Part shown: positions 10,236 to 18,576 of the stretch, one piece after another
How the letters are laid out: each line of letters opens with the position of its first letter
How positions within the stretch are numbered: position 1 is the stretch's first letter
Virus record (IMG/VR): IMGVR_UViG_3300022562_002256
Span: 96,001-160,000 of that record
Source: a virus
Reading direction: 5' to 3' (one strand)
Length of the DNA stretch: 64,000 bases
Made by a program: the position numbers and the translations under genes
Notes under the pieces: model-generated
Database searches by the model: none
Told to the model about the DNA's origin: nothing
The model's input: only the letters and a program-made list of their open reading frames with translations

Positions 10236-10489
10236 GCTGTCTTGCACTGTCCGTGCCATCGTGGTGTGGTAGCCCCGCGGCGCGCTGGCCGTGTGTTGTC
10301 TTACGTGTGTGGATCGGGATCGATCCACGCCGCGTCAATGATTTCGAGCACTTGGCCGCGTCGGCTGGGCGTGGCATGTTGCCACGGTGTGGCAGACCGC
10401 CACACGTTGCAGAACCAGCACTCAGGTGGCTGCCAGCGCGCGACCCTGGAACGAATCCGTGGCAGAACGCCACAACCAATACTGAACAC
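10236..10489 (-). repeat. upstream cassette family A, copy 1
   Basis: 254 bp, ungapped ~88% identity (about 31 mismatches by hand count) to 61122-61375; ends in a sigma-54 promoter. Confidence 0.9.
10243..10258 (-). promoter_or_regulatory. sigma-54 promoter
   Basis: TGGCACGGACAGTGCA; 13 nt to ATG. Confidence 0.8.
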
Positions 10490-10574
10490 CACCAAACCAC
10501 TGAATAAGACATGGACGAGCGGCGGAGCGCAGGGCGGGGCATGTGCTTCAAGCCCGTGCGCAAGAGGGCGAGGG

Positions 10575-10590
10575 TGGCACGGGTAGTGCA
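10575..10590 (+). promoter_or_regulatory. sigma-54 promoter (no clear ORF directly downstream)
   Basis: TGGCACGGGTAGTGCA. Confidence 0.6.
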
Positions 10591-10759
10591 AGGCGTACGT
10601 TGTCCGTGCACCGGCCAGGAGTTGCGACCTTGTTCGCAACGTTTTAACGGTCGCGTATCCCGGTGTGATAGTCGAGGCTTGTTGGTAACAGCGAGACCTC
10701 GCTAGCCGCCCCGTCGTGCCCTACGGTTTCGGCGGGGGGGTAGTGATGCTCCCCCCAGG

Positions 10760-10775
10760 TGGCACAAGTAGTGCA
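10760..10775 (+). promoter_or_regulatory. sigma-54 promoter
   Basis: TGGCACAAGTAGTGCA; 14 nt to ATG 10789. Confidence 0.8.
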
Positions 10776-10788
10776 AGAAAACTTGAGC

Positions 10789-11328
10789 ATGCAGGCCCCC
10801 TCCGATGTCGTCTCCCCCTCCACTCATCCCTTCGAGCGTGCTGGGTTGGGCAAGGCGCCCTTCCGCTGCGTGGGGATGTCGGTCGAGCAGTACCAGGCGA
10901 TTCCGGGCGACCCGAGCTGCCCTATGCAGCCGGGCGCGTCGTGCGACTACTGCGGGCAGGGCATCATGCTTGTCTACCGCATCCAGGGTGTGGACGGGGC
11001 GAGGTTCAAGGTGGGGTGCGACTGTGTGCGGAAGACGGGGGACACGCGACTTGTCGCCCAAGCCTCCGACTTGGAGCGCAAGCATAACCGCGCGCTCGCG
11101 GCGTCGCGCAAGGCGAAGAAGCTCGCCAGCCGCGCAGAGCGCAACGCCGTCGAGCTGGCGGACGTGCTTGCCAGCCTCGACGAACTCGCTGGCCACCCCG
11201 CTGTTAGCCAGTGGGGGCGGGGCTTCGCGCAGGACGTGGCGAAGCGCATCCGGGCGGGGAAGATGGGCGCTCTCAGCACACCGCAAGCCCAGACCCTTGC
11301 GAAGCTCAGGGGCGAGGTGGGGCCGTGA
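10789..11328 (+). CDS. conserved phage protein with Zn-binding motifs
   Basis: HPFERAGLGKAPF...CDYCG...DGARFKVGCDCVRKTGD. Confidence 0.7.
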   Translation: MQAPSDVVSPSTHPFERAGLGKAPFRCVGMSVEQYQAIPGDPSCPMQPGASCDYCGQGIMLVYRIQGVDGARFKVGCDCVRKTGDTRLVAQASDLERKHNRALAASRKAKKLASRAERNAVELADVLASLDELAGHPAVSQWGRGFAQDVAKRIRAGKMGALSTPQAQTLAKLRGEVGP

Positions 11329-11579
11329 CGGCTCGCTTAGAACGCAGCCCCCATCGGGCCAGAGCACGCAAGTCCGGGCGCTACACCGCTAGCCCGCTGT
11401 GTGACGCGTGTGGCAAGCCGTGCGGAACGGCTTACTTCACAGACGACGAGGTCTGTGGGGGCACGGACGGCCCTGGGTTTTTCCTGTACGAGCGGCGTTC
11501 GTGTATTGTGGCACGTAGCTTGCCGGTGGAGGAGCGGCGGGCGCTGTACACCCGCATGCGCGCCTTGCAGGAGAACTGA
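11325..11579 (+). CDS. small Cys-rich hypothetical protein
   Basis: GTGA coupling; CDACGKPC. Confidence 0.55.
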   Translation: MTARLERSPHRARARKSGRYTASPLCDACGKPCGTAYFTDDEVCGGTDGPGFFLYERRSCIVARSLPVEERRALYTRMRALQEN

Positions 11580-11580
11580 G

Positions 11581-12525
11581 ATGAGACTCGCACTACCAGA
11601 TACCGCGCTGCCCGTTGACGAGATCGTCGTGGCTACGTTTGATCTTACCGACGTCGCCGTAGACGGCGGGCACCCCACGGTCGAGGAGATCGTCGATCTC
11701 GCTCTTGACCCGTACCAAGAGGTAGATATCCCGGACGGGAGCGTTCTCGCCGAGTCGGTCGAGCAAGACGAGGTGGTGCGTTTTGTGCGTGACGCGCACG
11801 CGCTCGGCGCGCGAGGGGTGCACCATCTTCTCGCTCGGATCGAGTCCTATGCACCACCCCCGCTCCCTCTCGAGTCGGTCGAGCCAGCCCTACCCGTGGC
11901 TCTGGCATCCCCGCAGCCCCCTCGTCCGCCGGTGCCTGACGCGGAGCTTGATGATCGCCTCGCGGCATGGAGGCGAGCCCTGCAAGGAGGCGACACGGTG
12001 GGGGCGCTTCGTGCGTGGCGGGCACTGCGTGCCGGCGCGACTGACCCTCCCTGGGAATACCTCGGACCCACGCCGGGGTATCGGGCGTGGGCGGACGCCG
12101 CTGCGCGAGTGTCTCAGCCCCACTACGGTGGGACCACGCGCGTCGATGAGGACGGGTATGAGGAGCACACCACAGGGTGGTGTGAGGGGGGCACCAACCC
12201 CATCCCGTCCGACTGGGTCGTCGATGGGTACGAACATAACTACCGATGGTATGGGGGCAGTTCGTCGGGGGAGCGCCGGCGGTCTCTTGAGGCTGTGGCA
12301 AGAGCCGCGAGGTGGCGGGCTGCACTGCCGACGGCGATAGCCGAGCCAGGGGCGGAGGCGTTTTTCGCCACCCTGCCCATGGACGAGCTCGGCGGTCCTC
12401 CCTACACCGATGCTATCGGGGTAATGGAGGGGCGCGCCCTCCAGGGGCGCGGTCGACGTTGGAAGCCACCGCCGAACGTGGTGGGGGCTATTGCGATTCT
12501 TAGAGGAGAAAGAGGAGGAGTGTAA
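11581..12525 (+). CDS. hypothetical protein
   Basis: AGGAG RBS; 314 aa. Confidence 0.6.
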   Translation: MRLALPDTALPVDEIVVATFDLTDVAVDGGHPTVEEIVDLALDPYQEVDIPDGSVLAESVEQDEVVRFVRDAHALGARGVHHLLARIESYAPPPLPLESVEPALPVALASPQPPRPPVPDAELDDRLAAWRRALQGGDTVGALRAWRALRAGATDPPWEYLGPTPGYRAWADAAARVSQPHYGGTTRVDEDGYEEHTTGWCEGGTNPIPSDWVVDGYEHNYRWYGGSSSGERRRSLEAVARAARWRAALPTAIAEPGAEAFFATLPMDELGGPPYTDAIGVMEGRALQGRGRRWKPPPNVVGAIAILRGERGGV

Positions 12526-12526
12526 C

Positions 12527-12826
12527 ATGAGATACGCTGGAGAGGTCGACGGGCAGAGGGTAACGATCGGTCAGCAGGCGTTGGTCGCGGTGTTGGTCCC
12601 CGCCTACCCCGTTTGTGGGGCGAGCGGGCGGATTCGCGACGTCGCGGCGATCGATGTGCGCCCGGCGGTGATTGAGACGGTGACACCCCTCACCCTGCGC
12701 GACTCGCGGGGCGAGGTGCACGAGGCTTTCCGGTACGAGGAGCCCGTCGTGAGGGATGGGTGCATCGCGATGGAGGGAGGTACGTGGTGTTGGCCCCCTT
12801 TCGCCCAGTCTTGCCGCAAGGCGTGA
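12527..12826 (+). CDS. hypothetical protein
   Basis: GAGGAG RBS; starts right after the previous stop. Confidence 0.55.
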   Translation: MRYAGEVDGQRVTIGQQALVAVLVPAYPVCGASGRIRDVAAIDVRPAVIETVTPLTLRDSRGEVHEAFRYEEPVVRDGCIAMEGGTWCWPPFAQSCRKA

Positions 12827-12955
12827 GCGATAGCCGACAGGCTGGGCCAGAAGCCTCCCATCCATCTATAACGCCGACACGCGCAGACGCTTGGAGCTCG
12901 ACGGATGGGAGGCAGCTCTTCTTAGTGTTTTCCCAAGCCTCTCGCAAGCCGCGGC

Positions 12956-12992
12956 TTGACTCTCGCTCATGGTAGTGATATCACTACCATGA
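12956..12992 (+). promoter_or_regulatory. sigma-70 promoter overlapped by a perfect 26-bp palindromic operator
   Basis: TTGACT-N17-TATCAC with extended TG; TCATGGTAGTGATATCACTACCATGA (12967-12992) is self-complementary. Confidence 0.7.
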
Positions 12993-13459
12993 TGAGCAAG
13001 GACACGCTGCGCCTCACTCGACAGGCCCAACACCTCAGTCGTGCGGCGCTGAGCAAGACGACCGGGGTACACCCAACGCTGGTCTTCAACGTCGAGACCG
13101 GGGCGCAGCCGATGCCCGGCCGGTACGTCGGTGCATGGGCTGATGCCCTGCACCTGCCTCGCGAAGCGGTCGAGCGCTACGTTGGCGGCGCCGTCAAGCT
13201 GTACGGCCTCACGGCGCATCAGCGCGCGTTCGTTAGCAAGTTGGTGGACCTACTCGCGTGGGGTGGCGAGGAACTCCGGGGGGAGCCGTTGCTGCCGACG
13301 CTGGAGCCCGACGGAGCCGCGGAATTGGACCATATCGCGAGGTTGTCCGACGCTGAGGTGGACGAGGAGTTGCTAGGGCGCAACCTGGAGCCGGCTGAGG
13401 TGCGCGCTCTTGGCGAGGAGTTTGTCACTAAGGCACTGATGGATCGGCTGCGCCCATGA
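12989..13459 (+). CDS. XRE/Cro-CI family HTH regulator with extra C-terminal module
   Basis: LRLTRQAQHLSRAALSKTTGVHPTLVFNVETG. Confidence 0.75.
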   Translation: MMSKDTLRLTRQAQHLSRAALSKTTGVHPTLVFNVETGAQPMPGRYVGAWADALHLPREAVERYVGGAVKLYGLTAHQRAFVSKLVDLLAWGGEELRGEPLLPTLEPDGAAELDHIARLSDAEVDEELLGRNLEPAEVRALGEEFVTKALMDRLRP

Positions 13460-13650
13460 GACCACACCACCACCCCTCGGGGGGTAGACCCATCGACTCA
13501 AGCCCCACCTACGTCGCCTGTTCGCTGTGTGGCAAGGCCACCACGGTGCGCGTCGGTGAGGTGCCGCTACCTGTTCGACACGCGGCTTGCCACGAGGCGT
13601 TCATGCGCACTCGAACGCCCACAGGGCAGCCGAAAAGGGCCCATCGATGA
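13456..13650 (+). CDS. small Zn-finger-like hypothetical protein
   Basis: ATGA coupling; CSLCG...HAAC. Confidence 0.45.
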   Translation: MRPHHHPSGGRPIDSSPTYVACSLCGKATTVRVGEVPLPVRHAACHEAFMRTRTPTGQPKRAHR

Positions 13651-14141
13651 CTCAGTTCACGCCAAACGACGCGCAGTGGTGCATCGACTGCGGCGAGATG
13701 GAGGCGTCGAGCCCCGCTGGGCGTTGTCGTGATTGCGACCATTCCTACCTGTTCGCCGCGGGGTCGTGTCGCGAGTGCCTGCGTTGGATCATCCGCGAGG
13801 ACATCGGCGGCCCTGCAGCCGACCAACACGCGGTGCCATGCACCTTGCGCGCGAGCGGCGCCGACTGCTATCCGCGTGACGAGGCGGAGAACCTCCTCAT
13901 CCGGCAACGCAAGGGCTACCCGGGTGTGCCACCGCTGTCGCTCACCTACCCTGCACCCACCGCCACCCGGGCCGAAGTCGACGCGTGGTACAAAGCGCAC
14001 GCGCCACCACCGGAGCCCCCTCACGAGGCGCCGCCGGTCGCAAACGGGCCGTCGCCCGTGTGCTCGGCGTGCGGAGTGGTTAGGATCAAGGCACTCGGCC
14101 CTCCGTTCTGCGAGGGGTGCCGTCGGAGCATGGATATATGA
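13647..14141 (+). CDS. Cys-rich hypothetical protein
   Basis: Several CxxC pairs; coupled ORF. Confidence 0.55.
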   Translation: MTQFTPNDAQWCIDCGEMEASSPAGRCRDCDHSYLFAAGSCRECLRWIIREDIGGPAADQHAVPCTLRASGADCYPRDEAENLLIRQRKGYPGVPPLSLTYPAPTATRAEVDAWYKAHAPPPEPPHEAPPVANGPSPVCSACGVVRIKALGPPFCEGCRRSMDI

Positions 14142-15043
14142 ACGACACAGCAACGTCGACGACCACCCCCGAGCTCGAGTCAGCGCGCCGGGTGCTCGCC
14201 GCACTGAGGGCCTACGACGACGCGGGCCATGACCCAGGCTCGATGGAGGACCGTATGGCCCTGGCCGTCGTACTACGCGCACTCGACGGTCACGATGCGG
14301 GGTACATCTTTGGGTTCGACGCGGTGCTTAACGGCAGAACGCCCGTCGCCGAGGCACCACCATCCACCGGCCGCACATTGCCGCCGCCGACCGAGGCAGA
14401 AGCGCGCGCGATCGTGGCGGCGAGGTGTGACGATGGGGTTTCGAGGCCGGATGGGTGGCTGGAGTCGCTCACCGAGTCCCTCATGGCCGCGTGGCGCGAA
14501 CCCCAGAACCAGGCAGACATCCGCATCCTCCGGGCGGGTATCGCCATCGGAAGAGCCCGCGCGATGGCATCGCGCGGCAGGACCGAGTCGCCGGGCAAGT
14601 CCATGCCAGCGGTGCCCCATGAGCTCGATGAGCAACTTGCCGACATGCTAACGCCACAAGACCTCGGCGATGGTGGCGTGGTTCAGCTCGACCCGACCTA
14701 CGTGCGCGCTGTGGGGGTCGTGCTCAAGGCTATCGTAGGTCCAGATACGGGCATCCCAACCCCGGTGCTGTACGCCACGCCCGAGGCCACCATCCGGGCA
14801 GAGTGGTCGATTCGGCCGCGAGATGTTGTTGTGGATATCGGCCCGGCAGCCGGCATGAACATCACTGATGGGGTTGCCATCCACGCGTTTGCGGTCGACG
14901 TTGCCCCACCTGGATCAGTTGACGAGGCGACGTTCAGTTTGCCTCACGATCGTGGGGTTGAGCCGGTGGTCGAGTGGCTGCGTAGGTGGGTTATTCCACC
15001 TACGCCGAAGGGGTCGACGGGCGGCACACCGGAGGCACCATGA
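14138..15043 (+). CDS. hypothetical protein
   Basis: Coupled ORF, 301 aa. Confidence 0.6.
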   Translation: MNDTATSTTTPELESARRVLAALRAYDDAGHDPGSMEDRMALAVVLRALDGHDAGYIFGFDAVLNGRTPVAEAPPSTGRTLPPPTEAEARAIVAARCDDGVSRPDGWLESLTESLMAAWREPQNQADIRILRAGIAIGRARAMASRGRTESPGKSMPAVPHELDEQLADMLTPQDLGDGGVVQLDPTYVRAVGVVLKAIVGPDTGIPTPVLYATPEATIRAEWSIRPRDVVVDIGPAAGMNITDGVAIHAFAVDVAPPGSVDEATFSLPHDRGVEPVVEWLRRWVIPPTPKGSTGGTPEAP

Positions 15044-15345
15044 GCGTACCTTACACCATCTGCATGCCACAACACACAGCAGCGGAGTTCTGGCGGATCA
15101 TTCACAGATGCCAGGGGGGCCCGGCGGCGCTTTGTTCTGCGCTGTGCGCGCTCCTCGGCGACCGCGTGACCGACACTCTCGTGCGGGAGGCCAAGAAAGG
15201 GTGCTGCATCCGCGTGGTGACCGAACCACCGGCCACCCGCGTAAACGCACACAACTTCGACCCGTGGACGACGCCGGAAGCCGTAGCTTGTGGTGTCATC
15301 GACCTCGTCCAGCCGTGGCAGGAGGTTGAGGTGACGGTCGCATGA
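15040..15345 (+). CDS. hypothetical protein
   Basis: GGAGG RBS; ATGA coupling. Confidence 0.55.
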   Translation: MSVPYTICMPQHTAAEFWRIIHRCQGGPAALCSALCALLGDRVTDTLVREAKKGCCIRVVTEPPATRVNAHNFDPWTTPEAVACGVIDLVQPWQEVEVTVA

Positions 15346-15887
15346 CGTGCCACCACAAGACCATCCACGACCACTCCACGCTCACCGAAACGCACGAGCG
15401 CATCTGGCGGTGTTCGTGCTGCGGGCAAGATGCGCCGTGGACGGACGGGTGGATCTATGTCGGCACGGTCAAATGCCGGCGGTGCGAATACGGGCGCGTC
15501 GAAAGCGTGGCGTGTCCTCACTGCGCACCAGCGTTGGAGGCTGCTTGCGACGCGGCGGCATCCGCCCGCCGGACCAGGACGGTTCTCCCCTGGCAGCGCC
15601 AAGCTCGACTCGCCGGATGGACACCGCCCAAGTCGGCATGTCCGCCGACGCCGAGGGTACACCACGAGCGCCCAGGATGGAATTGCCCGAGCTGCCACCG
15701 CCGGGGGCCAAGAGTCGACTGCGCTCGATGCTGTCTCAAGGCGACCGAGCACACCCGCGCGACCGGGGGCGCACACGCGATTGACGGGCATGTCGCCGGT
15801 CCGCTGGCCGAGTGCCCAGCGTGCTCACCCCGCCGCCCACCACCGAAACCGCGCTCACCCCTTGCCGACCCAGAGGAAACCCCATGA
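15342..15887 (+). CDS. Zn-binding protein, tandem paralog 1
   Basis: CxHKT..DH...WRCxxCG..W.DGW...CxRC...SVACPxC...WQRxARLAGW shared with the next ORF. Confidence 0.7.
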   Translation: MTCHHKTIHDHSTLTETHERIWRCSCCGQDAPWTDGWIYVGTVKCRRCEYGRVESVACPHCAPALEAACDAAASARRTRTVLPWQRQARLAGWTPPKSACPPTPRVHHERPGWNCPSCHRRGPRVDCARCCLKATEHTRATGGAHAIDGHVAGPLAECPACSPRRPPPKPRSPLADPEETP

Positions 15888-16465
15888 AGTGCGGGCACAA
15901 AACTCTCAAGGACCACTCGCGGCTTTCCAAGGGTACTGAACGGCTGTGGCGATGCACGCACTGCGGTCGGGAGGGGCCATGGGCCGACGGCTGGGCCTAC
16001 TTCGGCAACATTGAGTGCCTCCGGTGCGGCTACGCCCAAGTCGATAGCGTCGCGTGCCCCACGTGCGCACCGGGCCAGATGGCGCCGGGACCGCCGTCCG
16101 CGCCACCCCAGCCTCGACCAAGGCGGGAACCCGCTTGGCAGCGCAAGGCCCGACTCGCAGGCTGGGCGCCACCTCAACCACAGCCGGACACGCCCGATGC
16201 CCGCCGCGCACCACACGCCGAAACGGGGACGGTGCACATCCGTGTGTCGCGCGAGGTCCACCAGGCGATGCAACAGCTCTACCAACGCCACGGGTCGGAC
16301 CAGTTGGCGCTAATCAGCGCCATGCACAAACTACTCGGTGACGTCGCCGCCGAGTACGTTCTCAGCGCGAACGTCATCGGCGCCAGCCCTCGAGTGGTCG
16401 TGGATCCGACGCTACACGGGGGCCACGCGGTGGTCGTCAGTCGGGGGGCGGTGGTCGCGAGGTAG
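15884..16465 (+). CDS. Zn-binding protein, tandem paralog 2 (possible ribbon-helix-helix-like C-terminus)
   Basis: Same N-terminal domain as 15342; C-terminal TVHIRVSREVHQAMQQL. Confidence 0.7.
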   Translation: MKCGHKTLKDHSRLSKGTERLWRCTHCGREGPWADGWAYFGNIECLRCGYAQVDSVACPTCAPGQMAPGPPSAPPQPRPRREPAWQRKARLAGWAPPQPQPDTPDARRAPHAETGTVHIRVSREVHQAMQQLYQRHGSDQLALISAMHKLLGDVAAEYVLSANVIGASPRVVVDPTLHGGHAVVVSRGAVVAR

Positions 16466-16470
16466 CCGCA

Positions 16471-17250
16471 ATGACGAGACAAGGCATGGGCAGCACACTG
16501 GAGTCGTTTCTGTCCGGCGCCGACCACCACGCCGATTGCGTGTGCTGGGATGTTGAGGACGCCAACTGGGAGTCGTGGTGCGACTGCGGCTTGACCGAGT
16601 ACAGCAACCTGCTGCGCACAGCGCCCCCCAGGTTCGAAGACGCGGTTGAGGAGCTGTTCGACGCGTGGGCCCACGCGCACACCTCGGACCAAAAGCGAAG
16701 CCTGAACTTACTATGTGCGCAGATTTACTCTGCCATCCGCGAGTGGGAGCGAGTCGCCGGCCTGGGACCACTGATGCACCGCATCGATGGCCGCAAGCTC
16801 GGCAATGCTTTCCGGGGGCACCAGCCCAAGAGACGCCCCGGGTCGGTCGACGGGGACATCGGCCCCAGAGCCGCCGCTGGCCCCAACCCTCGCGACGACC
16901 ACCCCGCGCTCGCCGGTCAGTCCGCGACGCCTGCAGTGTCACTACCACGCTGCCGGTTCTGCCAACGCCCGTGGCAACCGCCACCCGGGGTCAACGCGGA
17001 CGTGGCATACTGCCAGGCGTGCTCGCCGGAGCGCCGCGCAAAAGCCGCCGCGGTGTTCGGCAACGACGGCAAGCGCGAGGTGCTCGTCGGCGGCAAGTAC
17101 CTGATCCGGGTGCCTGCCGCCACCACCGCCCCACGGTCCCCGAACGCTGCCACGACGTCGCCCACAGCGGGCCCGTCCCCCGACGGAGCCACCCCAGTGG
17201 CCAGCGGCGACCAAACCGCCACCGCGGCCCCACCACGGCCCCGCAAGTAG
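16471..17250 (+). CDS. hypothetical protein with CxxC pairs
   Basis: CRFC...CQAC; in operon. Confidence 0.55.
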   Translation: MTRQGMGSTLESFLSGADHHADCVCWDVEDANWESWCDCGLTEYSNLLRTAPPRFEDAVEELFDAWAHAHTSDQKRSLNLLCAQIYSAIREWERVAGLGPLMHRIDGRKLGNAFRGHQPKRRPGSVDGDIGPRAAAGPNPRDDHPALAGQSATPAVSLPRCRFCQRPWQPPPGVNADVAYCQACSPERRAKAAAVFGNDGKREVLVGGKYLIRVPAATTAPRSPNAATTSPTAGPSPDGATPVASGDQTATAAPPRPRK

Positions 17251-17263
17251 GCACCGCACGCCC

Positions 17264-18307
17264 ATGCCCTGCCCCGTATGCCAACACCCCGCCCTAGACG
17301 AGATCAATCGGCGACTCGCAGCCGGCGACAGCCTCCGATGTATGGCGCGGGAGTATGGCTTCAACGGCCACGTCGCCCTCCACCGCCACCGCCACGGATG
17401 CCTGGCGAATACCGCCACGTCATCGACCCCGCCGGCCGACCAGGCGCCCGAGCCCACCGCCACCGCCACAGGAACCATCTCACAAATAGAGCCAACCAGA
17501 AACAGCGTTCCTGCCGTTTCCGATCCGTCCAGAAACGCCGAGGAAACACCGCGAAACGCGGTGAGGCACGCTAACTCTCCAGGGTTTACCGTGTCGACCA
17601 TGCTGAAGGGTTCTCCGTTTCAGCGAGTAGCTGATGCGCCGGTCGCGGGGCGGAAGGAGATATGGGCTGTGCTCGAGCCGGAGTGCCTTCGGCTCCGCCT
17701 TCGGGGCATGGGGTACGAGGACATCGCCATCAAGCTCGGATGGCATCCCAACGACGTCAAGACCGCGGTCGAGCGCGCGCTGGCCAAGACTCGCCGCGGC
17801 CTCAGTGCCAACGCTGACGGCGTGCGCGCGCTGGAGATCGCGCGACTCGACCGGCTGATGGAGGCCCTGTGGGAGCGCGCGGTCCCGGCCCAAGGCGCCC
17901 ACGGTGACCAAGAGGCCAAGACATCGACGGGGGCGGGTGTGCCCTTCAAGGAGCAGCATCGCGCGATCGAGCTTGTCGTGAAGCTCATGGAGCGGCGGGC
18001 CAAGTACGAGGGGCTCGATGTCCACACCGGTCCGAGCACGGTCGTGAACGTGCTCCAGGCGGACGGTGTGCGCGAACTCGTGAGCACCATCCGGGCGTAC
18101 ATCCAACAGGAGGCGCCGAGCGTCCTTCCTGGCCTCGATCGCCATCTGCGGCACGCCATGCTCCAACGCAAGGCAGCCGCGTTGGGAGTGACGGTGCTCG
18201 ATGGGCCGGCGGGTGATGGGTCCACGGTGGTGATCGATGGCGCGGGCGTCGAGGTGACTGGCACGCCGGCGCTTTCGCCGCCATCGGAGGATGGCGAGGA
18301 CACGTGA
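17264..18307 (+). CDS. terS: terminase small subunit
   Basis: RLRGMGYEDIAIKLG...RALEIARLDRLMEALWERA...AIELVVKLMERRAKYEGLD; precedes the large subunit. Confidence 0.7.
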   Translation: MPCPVCQHPALDEINRRLAAGDSLRCMAREYGFNGHVALHRHRHGCLANTATSSTPPADQAPEPTATATGTISQIEPTRNSVPAVSDPSRNAEETPRNAVRHANSPGFTVSTMLKGSPFQRVADAPVAGRKEIWAVLEPECLRLRLRGMGYEDIAIKLGWHPNDVKTAVERALAKTRRGLSANADGVRALEIARLDRLMEALWERAVPAQGAHGDQEAKTSTGAGVPFKEQHRAIELVVKLMERRAKYEGLDVHTGPSTVVNVLQADGVRELVSTIRAYIQQEAPSVLPGLDRHLRHAMLQRKAAALGVTVLDGPAGDGSTVVIDGAGVEVTGTPALSPPSEDGEDT

Positions 18308-18543
18308 GTTACGCTGACCTGAGTGCACGGATCGCCGCTCTCTCCGACGAGGATCGCCGCATCGTCGAGGCGCTGCTGGCGTACCTGCCGGCGGGGAGCA
18401 TGGGCCGATTCCTCGCGATGCGAGACGCGCGAAGGGCGGAGCATGGCGGCGCCGGGCCCGCACCCATGAGGAGCGAGGGGCCAGAGGCATACGACGCGGT
18501 GACGGTGTACCGCGCGATCGAGGTGCTCCGGAGGCGCGAATGA
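18304..18543 (+). CDS. hypothetical protein
   Basis: GTGA coupling; lies between terS and terL. Confidence 0.5.
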   Translation: MSYADLSARIAALSDEDRRIVEALLAYLPAGSMGRFLAMRDARRAEHGGAGPAPMRSEGPEAYDAVTVYRAIEVLRRRE

Positions 18544-18576
18544 GCCTCCGGAGCCGGCTCATCCAGAGAGGCGCGC

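Noticed and set aside
10478-10506. Myxococcus-type LexA box (CTGAAC...GTTCAG)
   Set aside because: Only direct half-sites (CTGAAC, CTGAAT); no inverted pair
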